DNA of 24,000 nucleotides from an uncultured Atopobium sp. (GTDB lineage Bacteria; Actinomycetota; Coriobacteriia; Coriobacteriales; Atopobiaceae): NCBI GenBank assembly GCA_900555335.1, contig USKU01000001.1, positions 13,794 to 37,793 of the forward strand, read 5' to 3'. Shown piece by piece: positions 15,344 to 20,975 of this stretch (position 1 is its first letter; each line of letters starts with the position of its first letter). The notes under the pieces were generated by a model. It saw only the letters and a program-made list of their open reading frames with translations, ran no database searches and was not told where the DNA came from. The position numbers and the translations under genes were made by a program.

Positions 15344-15685
15344 ATGGCATTTATACCAACAGAAGTTGGAAAATATGACTATGAGTGGGTTGATCCTCGT
15401 TACTGTGAGACCCATACGCTTATATTTGACGAGTATGTCGAGGGCATACAGTCAGTTAAAGCTGATAAGTATGAATATTCGGAAAGAGCTGACTTAGAGC
15501 CTCAAACGGATAACCTTCTTATTCAAGGCGAGACTGGTGATGTACTTGAGGCACTTACTCGTGCACCTGAACTTACAAAAAAATATGGCGGTAGGGTGAA
15601 GCTAGTGTATATAGATCTGCCCTGCAATGCTGACAACCGAATGTACACCTTATCGTCATCTATGGCGCAAAGTGACTCAATCTGA
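15344..15685 (+). pseudogene. N-terminal fragment of an N6/N4 DNA methyltransferase (type III Mod-like) with a degenerate catalytic motif
   Basis: NLLIQGETGDVLEALTR...GRVKLVYIDLPCNADN aligns to the N(L/I)LIxGDNLxxL...IYIDPPYN pattern. DPPY is DLPC here, and the ORF stops ~15 codons later, so more than 80% of a normal enzyme is missing. Confidence 0.55.
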
Positions 15686-15730
15686 CGCATTGAGGCGCCA
15701 TCTGAGGGAAATCTGGAGTTCCGTTAACGC

Positions 15731-15830
15731 CACACGTGCTACACACCCGCTCAACACTCGTAAGCCACACGTAACACACTCGTGCAACACTCGGAAGACA
15801 CTTGTACAACACACGTAACACACGTGGAAA
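15731..15830. repeat. phased ACAC-N(C/T)G repeat array (nine ~11-bp subrepeats nested in a degenerate 44-bp unit)
   Basis: ACAC motifs start at 15732, 15743, 15754, 15767, 15776, 15787, 15798, 15811 and 15820. The spacings are 11, 11, 13, 9, 11, 11, 13, 9. The 44-mers 15732-15775 and 15776-15819 match at 29 of 44 positions. There is a 14-nt perfect repeat, CACACGTAACACAC, at 15766-15779 and 15810-15823. CACGTG palindromes lie at both ends. Confidence 0.8.
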
Positions 15831-15858
15831 CGGATAGGGCTTTAAGGGGGTAAATAGC

Positions 15859-15890
15859 AAAAAAGGTTGATACCACGTTTGGTATCAACC
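15859..15890 (-). terminator. rho-independent terminator downstream of tRNA-Phe
   Basis: Perfect 10-bp stem (15865-15874 ggttgatacc pairs with 15881-15890 ggtatcaacc) and a 6-nt loop. On the minus strand it is followed by TTTTTT (the plus-strand A-run at 15859-15864). Confidence 0.8.
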
Positions 15891-15902
15891 TGAGAGTACA
15901 AC

Positions 15903-15978
15903 TGGTGGCGGGGAAGGGAATCGAACCCCTGACACGGGGATTTTCAGTCCCCTGCTCTACCAACTGAGCTACCCAGCC
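15903..15978 (-). tRNA. tRNA-Phe (anticodon GAA), CCA encoded
   Basis: The reverse complement folds by hand as GGCTGGG-TA-GCTC-AGTTGGTA-GAGC-A-GGGGA-CTGAAAA-TCCCC-GTGTC-AGGGG-TTCGATT-CCCTT-CCCCGCC-A-CCA (76 nt). The anticodon loop is CU-GAA-AA. There is one U4:C69 mismatch and one G50:U64 wobble. Confidence 0.9.
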
Positions 15979-16002
15979 ATTGGTGCTTCGAAAAGCTTAT
16001 TT

Positions 16003-16030
16003 ACTATAACAGACTCAAGCGCTTCGTCAA
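16003..16030 (-). promoter_or_regulatory. candidate promoter of tRNA-Phe
   Basis: On the minus strand: TTGACG (16030-16025), a 16-nt spacer, then TATAGT (16008-16003). The predicted start is ~18 nt upstream of the mature tRNA 5' end. Confidence 0.5.
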
Positions 16031-16039
16031 GCGGGCAAT

Positions 16040-16357
16040 TTATACAATCCAGAAATTTTTTCCGCCAGTGAGGTCAAATTCAACGGTCATACCCTTTATT
16101 GCAAAAAACGCTACAATTTGCTCCTTTGTTTTCTCGAGCTCTTGACCGTCGATTTTCTCGCGCTCATCGGGTTTCTCGCCAGAGGGAAGTTCTATCCAGA
16201 GAGTTTGCTTACCACATGTGTCACGCAGGTGGATTTTGCTTAAAAGTCCCTGTTGTTCGAGCCTTTCATTGAGATGAATGAGGTCAAAGAAGTTGACAAC
16301 TTTTGGCATGCTAACTCGTTTCTCTAAACGCTTACTCTTAAGCATACACGTTTGCAA
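16040..16357 (-). CDS. hypothetical small protein
   Basis: ORF of 105 aa from TTG 16357. Alternative ATG starts are at 16345 and 16309, and none has a strong SD. No motif recognised. Confidence 0.45.
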   Translation of the reverse strand: MQTCMLKSKRLEKRVSMPKVVNFFDLIHLNERLEQQGLLSKIHLRDTCGKQTLWIELPSGEKPDEREKIDGQELEKTKEQIVAFFAIKGMTVEFDLTGGKNFWIV

Positions 16358-16359
16358 AT

Positions 16360-16368
16360 TGGTACAAT
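16360..16368 (+). promoter_or_regulatory. candidate extended -10 promoter element for the lipoprotein gene
   Basis: TGgTACAAT at 16360-16368, ~70 nt upstream of ATG 16439. No good -35 hexamer. Motif match only. Confidence 0.3.
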
Positions 16369-16438
16369 AGATTATCTAACTTGAACTAGGTCAGCGGTCG
16401 TTGCTGCCTCCACTGAATAAACTATTCGAGGGGAAATT

Positions 16439-18262
16439 ATGGCCTTTACGAGAAAAGAATTCTTGTCCCTTTCTGCTTTGGGAGCTGCAGGCACCTTGGC
16501 CGCATGTACTCCACAGGCAAGGACATCTGAGGATACGAATCAGCCTGCATCTAACGTGGACCTTGAAGAGTTCAAGTCACTCAAGCTGGACATGACACAG
16601 TGGAGCTATGACGAGGATAACGACTGCTACTATCAGCTGGGCATTCAGTACTGCACTAAGCCTGCAAGCAAGTCGGTAAACACTCTCTCGGTCTTTGTAC
16701 CTGGAAAGTATTTCTCGGGAAAGAAGAATGGCTCTACCTACGAGTGCGAAGTAAGCGAGAAAGCCGTTGTAGGCAGCTTCACCGCAAGTACCGCGCCAAT
16801 TGTCATGCCTATTAACACAGCAACGCTGTTCCCTCAGAGCGCTCCTACAAGCTACGCATACGAAGGCCTCGCACCGTACCTTGAGGCTGGTTTTGTGTAC
16901 GTATACGCAGGTTTCCGTGGTAGAAGTGCCGGCTACGATTCAACCACAGGCTCGGACGAGCTTTACGCAGGCGGCTCTCCTTGGCCAGCAGTAGACTTTA
17001 AGGCTGCTATCAGGTATTTGCGCTACAACCATGAGCAGCTCCCATGCAATACATCAAAGATTTTTGTGTTTGGTTTTGCAGCCGGCGGCGGCCTCAGCGC
17101 GGTGCTGGGAACCTCGGGAGACTCTCCGCTCTATACGCCATATCTTAAGGCTGTCGGCGCTGCTACACATAGCGAGAAGGGCGAGCAGCTTTCAGACTCT
17201 ATTTACGGTAGCGCTTCATGGTGTCCTGCAACTTCATACGACCTTGCAGACGCAGCGTATGAGTGGTCAGCTGGTCAGTATGCAGATGCAACAGACTCTC
17301 GTGCTGAAGGTGTTTGGACCCAACCTCTCTCACAAGATCTTGCTGGTGCATATGCCTCATTTGTCAACAACATGGATCTTCTCGACAGCAATGACAGCAA
17401 GGTCAGTCTTGATGAGACTAACTCCGGTGTCTATACCGCTGGATCATATGCAGACCTTCTTATCAACGAGCTCAAGACCTCTGCGAATAACTTTGTTAGG
17501 GACAACGCATTCCCATATACCTCTACGCCTCAGCGACTGGAAGAGCCTACGTTCCCAGGTGACCCAAATCTCGCAACGGTTCGTGGTACAGATAATGCAG
17601 CTCCTGCTACTCAGCAGGTTCAATCTACTATCTACGATACTGCTGAGCACTATTTTGGCTCTCTGAACTCAGAATCTATTTGGGTTGTATATAACCTTCG
17701 TCGTCAGAGCGTTGAGCTTGAGAACTTGAGGGGTTTCTCGCGCGCTCTGAGAGGTGCTTCACTTCCAGTTGGAGCTTTTGATGCTCCTGATAGAAGCACC
17801 CGCGCTAATCAGCTTTTTGGCGTTGGCGAGCAAAGTACGCTGCATTTTGATGAGCAGACTGCTGACCTCATTAAAAAGAACCTTGATACTTACATGAAGC
17901 TTGCCGATTGGAAGTCTAGCTACGCTAATGATTGGACCTCTGATCTGAATAAGGCTGATACGCTGGAGAATGACATTCCAACTCGTGTTGATATGTTCAA
18001 TCCACTGTACTTTACCAGCGCATCTTACAAAGGCTATCAGACAGCATCGGTTGCTCCTTATTGGCGTATTAATGAGGGCGCTCAGAATACTGATACTTCA
18101 ATTTGCACCTCGTTCAATTTGGGGCTGTCTCTAAAGCATTTCTCGGGCGTGAGCAGTGTTGATTACACGCTTGTTTGGGATAAGGGCCACGTTCTTGCCG
18201 AGAGAACAGGCAATGCAACTGCCAACTTGGTGTCTTGGATTGTTTCGTGCGCGTCTGCTTAA
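16439..18262 (+). CDS. tannase (subtype B)-like alpha/beta-hydrolase-fold lipoprotein, with the nucleophile position occupied by Ala
   Basis: GAGGGGA lies upstream of the ATG. The signal peptide has the lipobox LAAC (Cys23). Blocks LSVFVPGKY, TAPIVMPIN, DFKAAIRYLRYN, ADAAYEWS and WRINEGAQNTDTS resemble Lactobacillus plantarum tannase as I remember it. The nucleophile elbow reads FGFAAGGG where G-x-S-x-G is expected. Confidence 0.65.
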   Translation: MAFTRKEFLSLSALGAAGTLAACTPQARTSEDTNQPASNVDLEEFKSLKLDMTQWSYDEDNDCYYQLGIQYCTKPASKSVNTLSVFVPGKYFSGKKNGSTYECEVSEKAVVGSFTASTAPIVMPINTATLFPQSAPTSYAYEGLAPYLEAGFVYVYAGFRGRSAGYDSTTGSDELYAGGSPWPAVDFKAAIRYLRYNHEQLPCNTSKIFVFGFAAGGGLSAVLGTSGDSPLYTPYLKAVGAATHSEKGEQLSDSIYGSASWCPATSYDLADAAYEWSAGQYADATDSRAEGVWTQPLSQDLAGAYASFVNNMDLLDSNDSKVSLDETNSGVYTAGSYADLLINELKTSANNFVRDNAFPYTSTPQRLEEPTFPGDPNLATVRGTDNAAPATQQVQSTIYDTAEHYFGSLNSESIWVVYNLRRQSVELENLRGFSRALRGASLPVGAFDAPDRSTRANQLFGVGEQSTLHFDEQTADLIKKNLDTYMKLADWKSSYANDWTSDLNKADTLENDIPTRVDMFNPLYFTSASYKGYQTASVAPYWRINEGAQNTDTSICTSFNLGLSLKHFSGVSSVDYTLVWDKGHVLAERTGNATANLVSWIVSCASA

Positions 18263-18277
18263 AGAGGAGGGCATAGC

Positions 18278-18991
18278 GTGTTTCAAACAAAGAACCGCCG
18301 ACTGTATGGTGTTGTTGTTATTGTTGTGCTTGCGGTAGGAGCAATATTCTTCTCTCTTATGAGAGGTGCTGATAAGTCTCAGTCACAAGCAAGCTCGCAA
18401 TCACAACAGACGCAACAGACGCAACAGACGCAGTCTCAGAGCTCACAAAATAAGGGCTACATTGATTCTGTAGCAGCGGATGACCCGTATGCAAAGGGCA
18501 TTCACCATGTTCGTATTGTGGTGAAGGATTACGGCACTATCGAGGCAACTCTTAACGCAAACGTTGCGCCTATTACGGTTTCTAATTTTGCTCATCTTGC
18601 CGAGTCAGGCTTCTATAATGGCCTTACGTTCCATCGCATTATTGACGGCTTCATGATTCAAGGTGGAGATCCTAAGGGCAATGGCTCGGGTGGATCCGAG
18701 AATAAAATCAAGGGCGAGTTTACCAAAAACGGTGTCGAGAATAACATCTCGCATACACGTGGAACTATTTCCATGGCACGCGCCCAAGATCCAAACTCTG
18801 CAAGCTCACAGTTCTTTATCATGCAGGCAGACAACTCAACTCTGAATGGAAATTACGCTGCATTTGGCACGGTAACAAGTGGAATGGACGTTGTCGATGC
18901 AATTTGTAAAGGCGTAACTCCAACCGATTCAAATGGGACCATCCCTGCCTCAGAGCAACCAGTCATTGAGTCCATCACAATGATTGATTAG
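18278..18991 (+). CDS. ppiB: membrane-anchored cyclophilin-type peptidyl-prolyl cis-trans isomerase
   Basis: GTG start with GAGGAGG 7 nt upstream. N-terminal TM helix (VVVIVVLAVGAIFFSL), then a Gln/Ser-rich linker, then the cyclophilin signature FHRIIDGFMIQGGDP and SMARAQDPNSASSQFFI. Confidence 0.9.
   Translation: MFQTKNRRLYGVVVIVVLAVGAIFFSLMRGADKSQSQASSQSQQTQQTQQTQSQSSQNKGYIDSVAADDPYAKGIHHVRIVVKDYGTIEATLNANVAPITVSNFAHLAESGFYNGLTFHRIIDGFMIQGGDPKGNGSGGSENKIKGEFTKNGVENNISHTRGTISMARAQDPNSASSQFFIMQADNSTLNGNYAAFGTVTSGMDVVDAICKGVTPTDSNGTIPASEQPVIESITMID
18404..18430 (+). repeat. 3 x 9-bp perfect tandem repeat (CAACAGACG) encoding (QQT)3
   Basis: Read directly from the sequence: 18404-18412, 18413-18421 and 18422-18430 are identical. 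The repeat lies in the linker of the PPIase. Confidence 0.9.
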
Positions 18992-19078
18992 ATTCCTTAT
19001 ATAAAATATTGTTATGTTATTGAATGACCTGCGACCAGTTATAAAGTTGCAGGTCATTGGCTTAAAACACGCTTCTCA

Positions 19079-19087
19079 TGGTATACT
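19079..19087 (+). promoter_or_regulatory. candidate extended -10 promoter element
   Basis: TGgTATACT at 19079-19087, 26 nt upstream of ATG 19113. Motif match only. Confidence 0.35.
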
Positions 19088-19112
19088 ATTGTTATCCGAG
19101 AGGAGTGGTGTT

Positions 19113-19613
19113 ATGCGGGCTGTTGGCGAGTTTTGCGTTCACCCAGGTCAGGGCGTATGTCTTGTTGAAAATGTAGTTTCGGAGCCTACTCCGGCCTACG
19201 TTTTGTCTCCTATTGGGCAAAAACATCCTGTTCAGATTGTATTTCCTCTTAATCAAGAATTCAGACTACGCGATCTTATGACGCACGACGAGGCCATGAA
19301 TCTTGTTGATACCTATCCTCAAATTGAGCTTATTACGTTCCATATTCATAATGCGTCGCTTGAGGAATCTCATTTTAGACACGCTATTAGAGAAGGTTCT
19401 TGTAAAGACTCCTTTAGTATTGCTAAAACGTTTAGAGCTCGTATTGATAAGGCGCGTTCGCTCAACAAGAAACCACCTGTTTCTCATGAGAGAATTTTTA
19501 AGATGGCCAGTAATCGCGGTCTTTACGAGCTTATTACGGCACTTAATTGCACCGTTGATGAGATTCAAAAGGTGTTTAGCTCACGCTATGGCGTAGAAAT
19601 TGGAAAAGCATAG
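19113..19613 (+). CDS. CarD/CdnL/TRCF-domain family protein (YdeB-like)
   Basis: ATG 19113 is preceded by GAGGAG. The N-terminus VGEFCVHPGQGVCLVENV resembles the CarD-like (F)xVGDxVxHxxxGxG motif, and the length (~166 aa) fits. The call is from memory of the family and was not verified. Confidence 0.5.
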   Translation: MRAVGEFCVHPGQGVCLVENVVSEPTPAYVLSPIGQKHPVQIVFPLNQEFRLRDLMTHDEAMNLVDTYPQIELITFHIHNASLEESHFRHAIREGSCKDSFSIAKTFRARIDKARSLNKKPPVSHERIFKMASNRGLYELITALNCTVDEIQKVFSSRYGVEIGKA

Positions 19614-19650
19614 CTTATAATTAACCCATCCGTTCAAGAGATGGGAAATT

Positions 19651-19938
19651 ATGGCTTCAGAAACATCTGCAAATCGTGCTGTTGTTACTGTTTTGGGCAG
19701 CGATGCTCCAGGAATTGTTGCAGCAATTTCTACCACTTTGGCCGAGTCCAACGCTAATATTCTGGATATCGCTCAAACTATTCTGTCTGGTATTTTTACC
19801 ATGACCATGCTGGTTGAACTTCAGGATACCGAGTCTTTTTTGAGCCTCAAAGAGCGTCTTGATACCGTCTCAGAAAAGCTTGGTGTACAGGTTAACATGC
19901 AGCGTGAAGAGGTCTTCACGTTTATGTATCGTCCATAA
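19651..19938 (+). CDS. ACT-domain protein (UPF0237-like)
   Basis: 95 aa. AVVTVLGSDAPGIVAAISTTLAESNANILDIAQT...FTMTMLVEL is the typical small stand-alone ACT-domain pattern. Confidence 0.75.
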   Translation: MASETSANRAVVTVLGSDAPGIVAAISTTLAESNANILDIAQTILSGIFTMTMLVELQDTESFLSLKERLDTVSEKLGVQVNMQREEVFTFMYRP

Positions 19939-19950
19939 AGAGGTAGTGTT

Positions 19951-20853
19951 TTGTCAGAGCTTTCAACTGAAAAACTCATTGCTCAAAAACAGTCTTGGCT
20001 CAATCAAGATGTATCAAATCTGAAAGTAGATATTGTCTTTTCCGATATGGATGAGACGTTTTTGCATACTGATAAATCTCTTAATGCCAAAAATATGGCA
20101 ATGTTGGATCGCCTGGCTGAGCTAGGTATTCCTTTTGTACCTTGTTCCGGACGCGCGTTTAACGTGCTGCCAAAAGAAGTTGTGAACCATCCTGCTTCTA
20201 AGTATGTGGTTTCTTGTGACGGTGCCGTTATCAGAGATCTTTCAACTCAGACCGTGCTTCACGAGTCCACAGTGACAAAAGAGCAGGCACTTGAGTTGTA
20301 TCAAAAGCTTAAAGACTTTCCTGTGACTTTTGATATTTTTGCAGACGGTGGTGTCTATCTGGAGCGCTCAAGACACAATCTGATTACTCAGCTTGGTATC
20401 CCCGCAGATCACGCAGCATTTATGCAGCGTTCTCGCACCCCCTTTGATCAAAGTGTTGAGGAGTTTATTGATAGTGTAACTACCATTGAGCGACTTGGTT
20501 CCTATTGGTCTGTTGCGGAAGGCGAGAAATACCAGGCGCTTGTAGCAGATGCCGTTGCCTCGGTAAAAGGGCTTAGTGGCACGGCTTCCATGAGTATGGG
20601 AATGGAAATCTTGGCCGACGGCACTTCAAAGGGTGCTGCACTTAAGTGGCTCTGCAATCATCTTGGCCTCTCTACAGAGAACGCCGCAGCTTTTGGTGAC
20701 TCGCTCAATGATGTCGCCATGCTTTCTGCGGCGGGAATGGGCACGGCAGTTGCTAACGCTCGTCGTGAAGATTTTGAGGCAGCAACCTATATCACACTCA
20801 CTAACGATCAGGCGGGTTTCTCGCGATTCTTAACGTGGGCACTGGAGGAGTAA
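19951..20853 (+). CDS. Cof-type HAD-IIB family hydrolase
   Basis: TTG start with AGAGG upstream. HAD motif I is FSDMDETFL, motif II is PCSGR, and motifs III/IV are K...GDSLNDVAML. An ATG start would delete motif I. Confidence 0.8.
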   Translation: MSELSTEKLIAQKQSWLNQDVSNLKVDIVFSDMDETFLHTDKSLNAKNMAMLDRLAELGIPFVPCSGRAFNVLPKEVVNHPASKYVVSCDGAVIRDLSTQTVLHESTVTKEQALELYQKLKDFPVTFDIFADGGVYLERSRHNLITQLGIPADHAAFMQRSRTPFDQSVEEFIDSVTTIERLGSYWSVAEGEKYQALVADAVASVKGLSGTASMSMGMEILADGTSKGAALKWLCNHLGLSTENAAAFGDSLNDVAMLSAAGMGTAVANARREDFEAATYITLTNDQAGFSRFLTWALEE

Positions 20854-20912
20854 GCACTTGGCGCTGAAGGAGTAGCGCCTCAGAGTTTTGCTTGAGACAT
20901 ATTGTTTAAAGG

Positions 20913-20944
20913 AAAAGCCGGCAGATACAATCTGTCGGCTTTTG
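20913..20944. terminator. bidirectional rho-independent terminator between the convergent HAD and kup genes
   Basis: 11-bp stem (20915-20925 aagccggcaga pairs with 20931-20941 tctgtcggctt, with one G:U) and a 5-nt loop. It is flanked by an A-run upstream and a T-run downstream, so it could work on both strands. Confidence 0.75.
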
Positions 20945-20975
20945 TTATGAGAAGTAAAACTACTACGCGCTAGGC

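Noticed and set aside
15627-15963. Track ORFs 15627-15818 (+), 15660-15860 (-) and 15751-15963 (-).
   Set aside because: They run through the ACAC repeat array, the terminator hairpin and the tRNA gene. Their repetitive T/H/R/C-rich translations are artefacts of the repeat.
19024-19057. A 9-bp-stem hairpin (atgacctgc ... gcaggtcat) after the PPIase gene, considered as a terminator.
   Set aside because: The loop is 16 nt and no U-tract follows. It might be a weak terminator or an operator, but the evidence is insufficient to call it.
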